Source: Neoconidiobolus thromboides FSU 785 (Eukaryota > Fungi > Entomophthoromycota). Taken from it: 64,000 nt of DNA. Shown here one piece after another: positions 16,063 through 29,134 of this stretch; within the stretch, counting starts at the first letter, position 1, and the number at the start of each line of letters is the position of its first letter. The stretch lies in assembly GCA_025603075.1 (NCBI GenBank), contig MU626295.1, positions 75,875 through 139,874 on the forward strand, written 5' to 3'. Position numbers and translations under genes: made by a program. Below the pieces are notes generated by a model. That model worked only from the letters and a program-made list of their open reading frames with translations. It searched no databases and had not been told where the DNA came from.

Positions 16063-17948
16063 ATGACTAAATCCAACATTAAAAATATATTCCGCCAAGT
16101 CACTTTTAAAAGCAATGCTATAAGAAGGCATTTATTTACAACTTCAAATAGGCTAAGCATAAATGATAAAACCAATGAACAGGCTAATAGTAGCCCTTTA
16201 ATATTAAATGATAGTAAAGCTAGAGGAAATGAAGTAGCTTTTAAAGGAAATGAGTTCCAAAACCTGATGAAAACATTTGATAGTCTACCAGCGCTAGCTC
16301 CAGTGTTTCCTGCAAAAGCAGAAGATATTGTAATTATTAATGAACCTGTATCTTTTTATGATGTTTTAAAGGTAAACAACTTCTTTTTGTTTCAAAATTT
16401 GCTTATTGTTAGGATAAAATAATAAATTCAAAAAGACAAATTACCTTAGCATCTTTGTATTTCGGACCGGAAGAAAAAGAGATAGTAACTAAATTTATTT
16501 AATTTAAATAAGTCAAGTAACCATATTGTTATTTAGATAAATTTACTAAGAGAAAGCTTGGCAGCTAATAAAGATTTGAAATTGAAGATATTGTTAGACT
16601 GTTTAAGAGGGACAAGAAAAACAAAAACTGGAAGCTCAATTGAGGTTTTATCACCACTCCAAGATGAATTCCCTGACAGGGTTGAATTACATTTTTATCA
16701 TACCCCAGATTTGACTGGATGGTCTAAAAAATTGATTCCAAATAGGTTTAATGAAACAATAGGATTAATGCATATAAAAGCATACCTCTTTGATGATGAT
16801 GTTATCTTATCAGGGTACAACTTTTAGTATTAAATTATTTTAATTAATTATTCTTAGTGCTAACTTAAGCAAAGATTACTTTTCAAACCGTCAAGATAGA
16901 TATTATTTATTTAAAAATAACCTTCCGCTATTAAGTTATTTTCAAATGCTTATTGATACGCTATCAGAAATAAGTTATAAAGCTAAACCTAACAATGACG
17001 AAAAGATGCCCTATCTGCTAAAAATGGAAAATTTTCCTGATCCAGTCTATGAAAGTTCAAAGTTTAAATATGAGTCTTATTTAAAAATAATGGATTTTTT
17101 AAATGAAATCAAAGATCCATTTTCAATAAACGATTTTCAAGAATTAAATGATGAAAGCGACACTGTTATTGTCCCTATTATCCAGATGGCTCCTCTAAAT
17201 ATATTTCAAGATCAAACGGTAACTTTATCATTATTAAGAGCTATTGATAATAGTGGAAGATTTCAAAATGAAAAATATAGTACAGCTATTACCTCTGGGT
17301 ATTTCAATTTTAATCAATTGTATCAGGAACGTATTTTAAGTACTTCTGCATTATTCAGGATTATTACTGCCTCACCAGAGGTAACCGTTTTATAAATAAT
17401 TTATATAAGATATTTAGGTTTTATAGGCAAATGGCTTTTTCAATTCAAAAGGGGTTTCAAAATTTATACCTGATGCATATACATTAATAGAAAAAGAGTT
17501 TTTATTTAAAGTCAAAGGTAAGCATAGAGAAAAAACAATTAAGGTTGAAGAATATCATAGAGATAAATGGACCTATCATGCTAAAGGTAAATTTATTTTT
17601 AATGCATAAGCTTTTATTTATATAATTAAGGGCTATGGATGTATAAGCCAAACGAAAGTATACCGTTCTTAACTATGATTGGATCTCCGAACTATGGATC
17701 ACGTTCTTTGGAAAGAGACCTAGAAGCACAAGCTATAATTGTTACATCCAATGTTAAACTTAGGACTGCTATGCAAAAAGTAATTTGGTTTATATAGCTT
17801 ATATGTGTCAACTTATTTTTTGAATTAGGAACTAGATAATATTGAGGATTATGTCAACCCTATCTCATTAGATGATTTAGAAACCCAAAATAGAGAACCC
17901 AGACTTTTTGCCAAAGTAGCGACTCCTATTATTAAATCCATGTTATGA
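16063..17948 (+). CDS. PGS1: Phosphatidylglycerophosphate synthase (PLD superfamily), multi-exon
   Basis: LASLYFG, ILLDCLRGTR, GLMHIKAYLFDDDVILSGANLS, WTYHAKGLW, IGSPNYGSRSLERDLEAQ after removing introns. Confidence 0.92.
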
Positions 17949-18046
17949 TTTTAGATAACATAAACTACGATTTATAGATAAAGCCATTTGTGTTAGTTTA
18001 CTATAGGTTAAATTAATTTTTTTTAAATAAGTGTAAAACAAGATAT

Positions 18047-18143
18047 GGGGATGTATTTTTTTGTTTAAGAATTTTATTAACAATCTTTCCGCTTAAATAG
18101 CGCTTAAAAATGGAAAAAGTGATGAAACTAAAAAATCATTCCC
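18047..18143 (+). mobile_element. ~100-bp MITE
   Basis: ATAT|GGGGATG...CATTCCC|ATGT. Confidence 0.8.
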
Positions 18144-18293
18144 ATGTGACTTAAATTGTAACTAATGGATGAAATAACAGCTGAATCATTTTAAATTAGT
18201 TTATTTGAAATGTGAGTATCCCAATATTATTATTGTAAAAATAGTTTAATTGAGAAATATAGAGCAATAATGATTATACCATATAGCCATATA

Positions 18294-19352
18294 TTAACCA
18301 CGTGAAAAGTTTTTTAAAATATTGACTAAAGAGATACTATTTTCATTTTCTTGCGAAACGTCATTTTGATCTAATATAAATACAAATGTTATAAAAAAAT
18401 AAAAAATAAAGGTAGAAAATAAAAATACCTTCTTTATCACTATTGTTTTGACTTAATTTTAGTCTATCTTCTAATCTTTTTACTTGGAATTTATAAATAA
18501 AAGTAAATAAATGATAAATAAAGTTACATAAAAGTCTTGTCCTGGAAAGCTCTTGATTCATTAACGTGTCCTGCTTCATAAAATTTTCCGGAATGATTAT
18601 ATCCTCATTAATTACCTTGAGCCTTTTTGGCGAACTGATCTCTTCAAGTCCATTTAAAAAGCACTTTGAAGGGTATTAATTATACATGAACTGATTAGAA
18701 TTTTTTACTTGGTATTTTTTAATCTGCGAATCAACATTATTGTATTCCTTTTGTCTTTCTTCTATATCTTTGAGCAAAGATTGGTATCTACAAATAAGCA
18801 ATGATTTCATTTTCTTTTAATTATAATTACTTTATGATTTGTTTGTCTGTTGCACTCCCATATACTCCTCTTATCCAATCTTTTGGAAATTTTTTCAATA
18901 ATCTAATTTATACATAAGTTATTTTTATAAATAGAAGATGAAATTACTCTTCATTTTCTATCATCTTTACATTTATTTTTTTTACCGACTCTAAGAAATT
19001 TATACCATGACTTTGATAATTCGTTTGCTTTACATTTATAAAATAATTTATCTGTTTAATCAATTCTAATCTGCTCTTTTTGTTATAAATCGTATTAACA
19101 TTCTTAGCATTCAAAGCGTTCACTAATGAAAATTAGATCTTAAAAACCTATCTAAATGCTCTTACATCTTTGTAAAAATGGAGATACATCTTTCCTTTTC
19201 CCCTAAACTTTAATTGAGTTATTAATCTTATATTGACATAGTTGTTGTACCTTATCAAATATGCTAATATCTATTGGGGCCTCTAGTATCTCTATTTGTT
19301 TATTTATAAATGATCGATACCAGCTCAAATCTTTAACCTCAACTTTGTCCAT
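18294..19352 (-). CDS. Multi-exon hypothetical protein, coiled-coil-like; no family recognised
   Basis: Short open exons bounded by GT-AG introns (e.g. MDKVEVKDLSWYRSFINKQIEILEAPIDISIFDK|GKGKDVSPFLQR ... VKRLEDRLKLSQNNSDKE|DQNDVSQ...SRG*). Confidence 0.5.
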
Positions 19353-19761
19353 AATATAATTAAATTTTACTTTAACAATAAAAAGTTTCAAAGTTTTAAA
19401 AAAAGTTTTAAAAAAAATTTAAAAAAAGTTTCTTGAGATGCGCTAAGTGCAAAAAATAAGGCTTTAAAACATAACGTCAACTCCTCTAGTTTGAGATTTT
19501 AGTACAATAGTTAGGCTAATAATAAGACTAATTGCAATTTAATGCTAAACACCAACCCAATCTTATATTAACTTAGAACTTTACTTTAAATAAATCTTAA
19601 CCACCATGAATGAAACTAAAGGACGCCGTTACTGCTAATGTACCCACATTAGTTAGTAAACTATTCTTTTAAAATTATTCTATTAAGCTTATTAGATTAT
19701 TAAATTTTCAATTAGTTAGAAACAAAAGCACTTTTATTATAATAAATATACTTTTATTAGA

Positions 19762-20501
19762 TTAATGATACTTGGAACAATCTGGGATAACTTGACAGGT
19801 ACATTGAGTTCCTTTAGCAAATTCTTGGGTCCAATAGTTACCTGCTTCACCCCAACCCATACATTCAGCGTCACTAACAATGTTTCTGAAATGACCTGAT
19901 NNNNNNNNNNNNNNNNNNNNNNNNNNNNNNNNNNNNNNNNNNNNNNNNNNNNNNNNNNNNNNNNNNNNNNNNNNNNNNNNNNNNNNNNNNNNNNNNNNNN
20001 GTTCTCAGAGCCACCCATGAGTTTGTAACCCTCATTCTTGATACGATCCCAGAAACTCTTAACCTTAGTTCCTTCATGGGTCATTTTTTTGTGATTGAAC
20101 TGATCTTGAGAGTGTTTTTGAGCAGCTCTATTTAATTTGTCATCCATCTTGAGTGGTTTTTTGCCATGTTTTTTACGGATGGCATTAACACGACAAAGCA
20201 TTTCAACATCCCTTTCATTTAAGCCCCCATTTCCAGATGGCTTGTTGTTATTAGTTGGAGGATTATTTGGCTTTGGCTTATTGTTAGTTGGAGGATTATT
20301 TGGCTTTGGCTTATTGTTATTGTTGTTTGGTTTAGCTGAAACATAAACAACTTTTGTGACTACAACAACGCGTCTTCTTTCAAGGTTAGAGTTTGTAGAG
20401 GCTTCAACATTTTCGTGAAGCTGTACTTCGCCGACATTGGTAGGTGGAAGAGTACGAGCAAGGACAGAAGATAAAAGAATTAATGGAATAGTGAACTTCA
20501 T
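19762..20501 (-). CDS. Secreted CAP/SCP/PR-1 domain protein, copy 1 (N/K/P-rich linker); interrupted by a 100-N assembly gap
   Basis: Signal peptide MKFTIPLILLSSVLA; MLCRVNAIRKKHG...AAQKHS...MTHEG...SEN; after the gap GHFRNIVSDAECMGWGEAGNYWTQEF (read by comparison with copy 2). Confidence 0.88.
19901..20000. other. Assembly gap (100 N); the paralog suggests a true size of ~53 bp
   Basis: Flanks match 23196 and 23250 in CAP copy 2, leaving 53 bp between them. Confidence 0.9.
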
Positions 20502-22252
20502 TTTTACAAGATTAATTTTTATAAACAAAATTAGATAGCTAGGGACTAGAGAGTAAAGCTAAATCTTTAAAAGTAAAAATTTAATCTTTATATATAGTGG
20601 TCGCATTTAATTTATTCTTTTGATTTTATTGTAATAGAACATAAAGTTTTGTACTTTTGGTAAGGTTAAATAAAATCACCAAACTTCAAAAGATGGTAAA
20701 TTTTATTCTAAATTTAGTAATTTGACTTACTATAGTTAAGAGGTTCTTGGATCAATATTTTTTAATTAACTTCCACCTTAAAAAAATCCAGCTAATATTG
20801 TGATTTCTTTAGACATTCATCAAATGAAATACTATTATGTGCTCATATCCAATCAGTTTTGTTTACCTAAAGGTCATATTATATAAACATCTTAGATTTA
20901 TTAACTCAAAAAAATATAACTTGTTGGCTTCAAGGAGATAAAATGTTTTTAAAAGAAAATAAAAATATTCCAAGAACAAAGATGGTGAAATCAACCAGAG
21001 GACCTTTAGCCAATCTTACTTATACATAGTAATAAAATTAAGTTCAGTAAGATAACGAGGTGAATCTTGATATAAATTAACTTTCTATAATTCTCTCAAT
21101 TCTCCTGAACAAAGAACAGATTATACTTTGCTAATCATTTGTTTTATATTTATGGAAATTCATAACACAATAGTAGTATTGTAAGACCATCAAATGATCA
21201 AATTAGAGTATTAAAATATTAAGAATTATATGACTCTTTTTAAACTAAATCTATAATTTATAGCTTTTATTTATCGCTTATTATGAAAAACAATCACTAT
21301 AACGATTTCCGAATTTTCTGAATGCAGTAAAAATATACTATCCCACTCAACCTTTAATCTACTGTCTGCATGTGATGTTTAAGAATATAAATGTTTTTGT
21401 CTCATCACATTAATAGTACCCGAGTGGGTGATCAAATTACTTTTAGACTGCATATATTTATTTCACTTGTTTGATTTAAAATAAAATTTCAAGCTCTTTG
21501 AGCTTTCACAAATTCACTACCAAGCTATCTTTTTAGACTTTAATAAATGATTTTGGCCTCGCAATAACCTTCCCTTTCTACTATCCCTCTTAACTTCAAT
21601 AATATTTGCAAGCAGGTTAAGTTGATGCTTGTATCCTCTGAATAGCATAAAATTGAAAGGTTTAGAGTTTAATTTATTAAACCCCAAAAAATTGCTTAAA
21701 TAATATTATCGAAAACCAAATGACTGTTTAAAGGTTATTTTTTAATAAATATTTTTTATTCTATTAAATTTTAATAGGCTAAATTAATTAAACAGTGGAA
21801 ATTCTGAGCTACATTAATTCCGCAATAAAGTCAACTATTATATAATTGTCTAATAACTTATATTCAATAGGGTTTAAAAACGAGCACAAGTTAATAAATA
21901 TTCGAAACAGACGAAAAGGAGGTAAATATAACTAATTTTGGCTAGTATCAATGTAATCTTTTATTTGTTAGAATAACATCGGATTAAACTTGTATATTTC
22001 AAAATGGTTAGAATAATATACAAAAGGTATACCCCTTTATCAGAATTGAATATACTTAAAGGTATTGCTATTTTATTAAATAATAAACATGTAAAACTAC
22101 TTGAAGCTTTAATTTATTAAGTAAAGTAGAAATATATAGTAAATGATTATTTAATAGTATAAAAACATTAACAGTATTCATGAATGAAGTTATTTATTTA
22201 TATTAAGTATTTATAAAATTTATACTTAAAAACAAGATAACTATCAATATCT

Positions 22253-22347
22253 GGGAATGTATTTTTTGTTTAAGAATTTTACCAAAAATCTTTCCACTCA
22301 AATAACGCTTAAAAATGGAAAAAGTAATGAAATCAAAAAACATCCCC
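22253..22347 (+). mobile_element. ~100-bp MITE
   Basis: ATCT|GGGAATG...CATCCCC|ATCT. Confidence 0.8.
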
Positions 22348-23057
22348 ATCTGTTTTTTCTATTATGATAAACTATAAAATTGTAATTATTCTAGTGGATA
22401 TTTGTTTGGCTTTAGTACTAAAGTACAAGTCATATTAAATTGAAATAAGTATACAAGGCAAATATAGAACTCATAATAGATTTCAAATAATTATAATCAT
22501 GATAGAAAAACATATTAATTATGTATTTGAATTCTGCTATTATTTTGTATTAATATTGTAATTTTTTGTGTTCAACAAAATCTTATATCAATAAGCTGTA
22601 CCATTTAAGAAATTAAGCATTATTTTGGATACTAGATTTAATCAAGTCATAAACTTTAACCTTTTTAAATGTATTATATCGTTAAAGTGTCAAGCTGCCC
22701 TACAATATTTTTTACTTCATTTCCATATTAAATTGATTAAACACAAAGCTCTTGAAATGTGTATATAACGTTGATTTTTTTATGAAAGCTTATAAGCTGA
22801 TTTTGTTGTAGACATATGTTTAGTATCAACAGCTTTGTTTTAAAATATCTTCAATAAAATAAATTATAAGAGCATTGTAATATAGTTTAAACCATTCATA
22901 ATGTCATTTATCAATGATTTTTAAAGTCCCTTAATAGCAAAAACATTATGTATTCAAGTTAGTTAGTAGCTTATTAACAAATATTCCAGTAATTTAACAT
23001 TGATATACTTATACTAATGTGTTAGAAATCAGCTATTTGCAAAAGTACTTTTATTAA

Positions 23058-23990
23058 TTAATGGTATTTAGAGCAATCTGGAACTGTTTGATAGGTACAT
23101 GGAGTTCCTTTAGCAAATTCTTGGGTCCAATAGTTACCTGCTTCACCCCAACCCATACATTCAGCGTCACTAACAATGTTTCTGAAATGACCTGATGATT
23201 GTTCCCAATCGCTTACAACTTGAGCAATACTTCCTTGACCAGCGGCACAGTTCTCAGAGCCACCCATGAGTTTGTAACCCTCATTCTTGATACGATCCCA
23301 GAAACTCTTAACCTTAGTTCCTTCATGGGTCATTTTTTTGTGATCAAGTTGATCTTGAGAGTGTCTTCGAGCAGCTCTATTTAATTTGTCATCCATCTTG
23401 AGTGCCTTTTTACCATGTTTAGCACGGATGGCGTTGACACGACAAAGCATTTCAACGTCCTTTTCACTCAAACCGCCATTTCCAGATGGTTTACTGCTAG
23501 GAGGATTGGATGGAGCTGGCTTACTAGTAGTAGTATATGATGTGGTTGGTTTACTAGTAGTAGTATATGATGTGGTTGGTTTACTAGTAGTAGGATATGA
23601 TATAGCTGGTTTACTAGTAGTAATAGAATAAGATACAGTTGATTTACTACTAGTAGTAGGATAGGATACAGTTGATTTACTACTAGTAGTAGGATAGGAT
23701 ACAGCTGGTTTACTAATAGTAGGATATAATTCAGCTGGTTTACTAGTAGTAGGATATAATTCAGCTGGTTTACTAGCGGTAGGATATGATGGTTCTGGCT
23801 TGTTGCTAGTAGTAGCTGGCTTACGTGGACGGCAGGCCTTCTTCTTTGGTATAGCTACATCTCTTTTTTCAATCTTAGAATTTAAAGAGGCCTCGACATT
23901 TTCATGAAGCTTTACTTTACCATCATTGGTAGGTGGTAAAGTATGGGCGAGGATCGAGGATAAAAGAATTAATGGGATAGATAACTTCAT
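23058..23990 (-). CDS. Secreted CAP/SCP/PR-1 domain protein, copy 2 (S/T/P/Y-rich linker)
   Basis: Intronless ORF; signal peptide MKLSIPLILLSSILA; complete CAP domain ending GHFRNIVSDAECMGWGEAGNYWTQEFAKG plus a Cys-containing tail. Confidence 0.92.
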   Translation of the reverse strand: MKLSIPLILLSSILAHTLPPTNDGKVKLHENVEASLNSKIEKRDVAIPKKKACRPRKPATTSNKPEPSYPTASKPAELYPTTSKPAELYPTISKPAVSYPTTSSKSTVSYPTTSSKSTVSYSITTSKPAISYPTTSKPTTSYTTTSKPTTSYTTTSKPAPSNPPSSKPSGNGGLSEKDVEMLCRVNAIRAKHGKKALKMDDKLNRAARRHSQDQLDHKKMTHEGTKVKSFWDRIKNEGYKLMGGSENCAAGQGSIAQVVSDWEQSSGHFRNIVSDAECMGWGEAGNYWTQEFAKGTPCTYQTVPDCSKYH

Positions 23991-25458
23991 TTTTACAAGA
24001 TTAATTTTTATAAACAAAATTAGATAGCTAGGGACTAGAGACTAAAGCTGATTTTAAAGGTGGAAATCCAACCTTTATATATAGCGTTCTCATTTGATTT
24101 ATTCTTTGACCTTGTTGTAATAAAACATGAAATTTGCACTTTTGGTAAGGTTTAATAAAAGCACCAAAATTTAAAAATATGGTAAATGTTATACCAAATT
24201 ATTGATTCGGCCATGTATAGTTGAGAGGTTCTTGGAGTAATATTTAAATTAAACTTCCGCCCAAAGTTACTTCACACAATATTCTGATTTCCTTTAAAAA
24301 GTTTGGGGAAAAGACTTTAATACATGTTTATATCTAACTAACTCTGTTTACTTAAAGGTCATATTATATGGATACCTTGGATTTATTAACTCAAAAAATA
24401 AAACTTGTTGGTCTCAAAGGAGATAATTTAAGTATCTTTACAAAGATAGTAAAAAATATTTCAAGAATAAGGTTATGAAATCAACTAAAAGGCATCTAGC
24501 CTATCTTGTTTTATATACAGTAATAAAATTAAGTTCAGTAAGATAACGAGGTGGATCTTGATGTAAAGTAACTCCAAATTCACTCCAAATCCTCTTGAGC
24601 AAAGAACAAATTATACTTCATTAATCATTCATTTTATAATTATAGAAATTCTCAACACAATAGCAATATAAAAATACTATCAAATGATCAAATTAAAGTA
24701 TCAAATATTAAAAATTTTGTAACTTTTCAAACTTTAAATCTAAAATTTTTGAATTTTATTTATTATTTACCGTAAAAATGACCACTATTGCGATTTCCGA
24801 ATTTTGGGAATGTAGTAATCTTTACAATGTCATTTAACTTTTAATCCACTTTTTTGCATGTAATGCCTGGGAATTTAAATGTTTTGTCTCTTTATATTGA
24901 CAGTACCCGAGTGGATAATCAAATTACATTTAAACTGCATATATATATTTTACTCACTTGATTTATAATAAAAAGCTCAAGTTCTTAAAGTTTTCAAAAG
25001 CCTGCCATCAAATTATTTTCACCAGGCTGTAATAAAATAATTATGATCTCATAAGGCCCTTTTCCTTTCATTATTTACTTAATTTTAATAGGGCTTTTGA
25101 GCAGAATGAGCTGAAAATGCTATTCCCTAAATAATATAAAATTAAAGGTTTAAACCTTTAATTTATTAAACCCAAAAAATATGCTTAAATAATAACATTA
25201 AAAGCCAAATGACTATCCAATGGGTATTTTTTCAACACAATGACTTAAGTCAATTAAGCTTTCATAAAAATGATTACTTAAATGGTGTAAATTTTTAATT
25301 GTAAATATTAGGTATTTACATAGAGAAGTGTTTGTAAAAAAAATCAATGGTCGCTGGTTGGGAGAATGTTTTTAATTTTTGTCTAAAAGTGTTAACTTTT
25401 TCTAGAAAAGTTATTACTATTGTGATCATCCTTATTAACTTTTTTAGAAAAAACATAT

Positions 25459-25555
25459 GGGGATGCTTTTTTTAGTTTCATTACTTTTTCTATTATCTGG
25501 TGCTATTAAGTAAAAAAATTACTAGTAAAATTCTTGAACAAAAAAACACATCCCT
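25459..25555 (-). mobile_element. ~100-bp MITE
   Basis: ATAT|GGGGATG...CATCCCT|ATGA. Confidence 0.75.
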
Positions 25556-26085
25556 ATGATTATTTATGATAATGTTTGTACTGATTTATTTTATATTTTT
25601 ACTAAAATAATAGCTTAAGAGCAGTAAAATAAAAATATCATGACTAATAAAAGCTATTATATTCTTTATAAAAACATATGTTATTTTGAAATATGAACTA
25701 ACTATTATCAAAACTCAAATCAAAAAATTAAAGTTATATTAATAGTAATTGTTTATTGTTTATTGTTTATTTTTTGACTACTAGTTAAAAAACACTTGCT
25801 TGTAAATATCTAATATTATGAAAAACTACTAATAATGATTCAGTTTAAATTTTTTAATAAAAGTTTGTAGCTATTTAAAAATTATTCCTTTTAGAAAAGT
25901 CATTATACTACAAATTTGTTAAATAGGATAAGGTAGTTAATTATTAATACTCACTTTTACAAAAACTAGTACACAAAAAAAATTGAAGTGTTTTTACTAA
26001 TATTAAACAGTTGCTATTTTTTAAATAATAAATTCATACAACACTAAATTATAATAGATTAACAGATAGTTCAAAACTTATATAT

Positions 26086-27339
26086 TTATTTTAAGCTCAA
26101 ACCTTTGATATATTTATCATGGGTCTCAACTAAAATGGGTAAAAACACCATTTCAATTTCGCCTAAAGCTGGATTTTCACTCTCTAAATATATATGTTTA
26201 TAACCATCTGATTCAGTCGGATAAACAAACCAAACTTCTTTTTTTCTTGTGTTTAAAAGGTTAGCGATGACTAACTGATGTCCATATTGTTTTAAAGATT
26301 GTCTAGCTTTAGGGATTAGTAACTCAGGGTCAGTTTCTAATTTAAAAGAAACGATGTATGCTTTAGGCGCCCATTGATGTACTAACGGTTTAAGGAATTT
26401 AGGTACTTTAGACATTAATATTTGTAAATCTCCGGAGTTAGATTGTATTTTATGTTCTGACTAGATATGAATGTTAAATTAATAAATAACATATAAGATT
26501 ACATAAGTCATATATTATGGTAATGTTGAAATATATACAATAAAAAAAAAATACCATTGCTTTAGGGTGTATAAAAAAATCTGAAACTGCAGCAGCTAAA
26601 TAAAACAATGCTCTTTCTTTCAGTTTATCTAAAGCTTTTGAAACAAACGTCAAAAGGTAAAGATAGTCGGTAACTGTGACAAAGGTGATTGATAATAACG
26701 TTCCTTCTTTTTTAGTCTAAACTTTAAATAAATAAACAAGTAGTATTATGAACTTATTTACCTTTTGGTATTTAATTAATACCTCTTTCATTTCAGAATC
26801 ATATCTTGAGTCAGCTAAAATTTACATCACTTCAGCATATTTTGTTTATAATTTTTAATTAATACCTTCAATACTACCATACTCGTTATTGAAATTCAAG
26901 TAATCTAAAAAGCAATTAGTAGAATGAGAGAAATGTCTAGAGTAAGGTTGTAAAGAGAATTGACGGTGCATAAAAATAACACAATAATCATTTTCTAAGA
27001 AATATGTATAAAAGGTTAAACATAATAACTTTTTACAAACTAATAAGTTAAAAGTAAAAAAGGATATTCAGCAGAAGTAGCCCCACGAGTACCAGCAGAA
27101 AAATTATCGATAAATCGAACAGTGTTATTTTCTAAAGGTACTGTTGTACCACCACTCTTAATTGATTAAATATTCCTTTTGAGTATAAAAAAAGAATCAC
27201 TTACAGTAACTAAAGCTATCTTTTTATCTTTATCACTCCATAATTTTATAAATTCATTGATTTTGGCTTGAGCTTCTTCGAAATTCGTTGGTGGGCTATG
27301 TAATCTTAAATAATCTTCTGGGTCCAAAATTTCACTCAT
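26086..27339 (-). CDS. CAB2: Phosphopantothenate--cysteine ligase, multi-exon
   Basis: [74 protein letters not shown]. Confidence 0.93.
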
Positions 27340-27978
27340 TTTTTGATATTTTCGGAAAGAAAATAATAATCACTTTTCGTCAGCTTTCCATTTTTATCAA
27401 AATTAACTTCCAATTAAAACTAATTTAAACGAATGTCCTTAATTTTTAGAAAATAGGTTCATAAAAGCAATGTTATTATACCAAACTATCAAATTTTAAA
27501 TATGAACTATATAATTAATTTGATATATATATATAGCTTTATGAAAAATGTTTTTACATTTAAAATTGATAATATTTATACAAATATAACTTATAATGGG
27601 GATATACGTTTATTATTTAATAAAAGAATATAAAATAAAGGATATAAGTAGCTACATAGTTCAATATATTGTAATATCACTCAGTCACATAGAGCGGTAT
27701 TTCAATGACTACTCTTGTTAAAAGTCGTACTAACTTTAGGCTACATTTGTAATGAAAAAACAAAACTGATAAAATTATAAGCATTATAAAATTTAATATT
27801 TTAAATAATATATAAAAAGAAACTAAATATTTAAATGAATTTATTAGAACCTCAAGCAATACAAGTGAGGTAAAAGAAAAATTATGATATTTTAAGGGCT
27901 GAATTGAAGTAACAAAGAAGTTATATATAATTTGGTAGCTTAAACTTTGCTAGCAAGATTTAAACTTATATAAGCAAA

Positions 27979-29134
27979 TTATTCGTTTGGACCGCTTTGT
28001 AAATTAAGGGTCTTAACTGAACCTATAACAGTATATTAAATCAAATGCTAAATTGGATCAATTATTAGTTACCTTGAAGTCCCATATTCTCTTTGCCAAT
28101 TAATTCATCATGTACTTTTTCAATAGATTTGAAATAATTTACAGTCTTGACGTGAAGTTCAAGGGTGGCGTCTTCATCACAGACAATCAAAGAACGAGGA
28201 TGAAGTTGGATAGCAGATACGGTCCACTTAACATGTTTTTAATAAACTAAATTAAATAAATAAGTAAACAACTTACCATATGGTTGACACCTTCTTCAAT
28301 ACATTTGGCTAAAGCTAATGATTTATGTTGGCCAGTAATGATAATGGCAACTTCACGAGCATCCATAACAGTACTTTAGTAAAAATATTAGGTTAGAAGT
28401 TACATGAATTATAAAATAAACTTACGCTACACCAACAGTGAGGGCTAATTTTGGAACTTTGTTAATATCACCATTGAAAAAACGTGCGTTGGCAAGAATA
28501 GTTTCATAAGCTAAAGTCTTTACACGGGTACGAGATTGTAAAGAAGACCCTGGTTCATTGAAAGCAATGTGACCATCAGGACCAATACCTATTAATATTT
28601 TAAATATGTGTATATTACATACTAAAGTTAAATATACCTCCTAAAAAGAGTTCAATACCACCAACATCACGAATCTTCTTTTCGAAGCGTAAACATTCCA
28701 TTTCTAAGTCGGATGCATTACCATCTAAGATGTTAACGTTAGTAGGTTTAACGTCAACATGCTTAAAGAGATGGTTCCACATAAAAGAGTGGTAAGATTC
28801 TGGGTGGTTTTGTGGTAAGCCTACGTATTCATCCATATTAAAAGTTATAATGTTTTGGAATGAGATTTGTCCTAATTTATAGTATTCCACAAGACAGCGA
28901 TATACACCAATTGGAGAAGAACCAGTTGGTAAACCTAAAACGAAAGGTCTTTCTGCAGTTGGTGCAAACTTTTTTACACGGGCAACAATATAGTCAGCTA
29001 TAAAATAAATTTTAGTTTAAGTCCAGTTACAGGAGCCGATTTGTTTATAATCAAGCGTTCATATTATATAATTAAAGTCACTTACCAACATATTTAGCTA
29101 CAGCTTGGGCGTCGTTACGAATAATCAATCTCAT
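27979..29134 (-). CDS. NAG1: Glucosamine-6-phosphate deaminase (NagB/GNPDA/NAG1), multi-exon
   Basis: [73 protein letters not shown]. Confidence 0.96.

Larger units (their letters stand above)
19740..25240 (-). repeat. Tandem segmental duplication: CAP gene plus ~1.2 kb upstream DNA (19740-21760 vs 23040-25240)
   Basis: Colinear blocks, e.g. AATAAAATTAAGTTCAGTAAGATAACGAGGTG (~21030 and ~24520) and GTACCCGAGTGG..ATCAAATTAC (~21417 and ~24903). Confidence 0.85.

Noticed and set aside
19737-20528. CAP copy 1 as a frameshifted pseudogene
   Set aside because: The shift comes from a 100-N placeholder for ~53 bp; both flanks are intact coding sequence.
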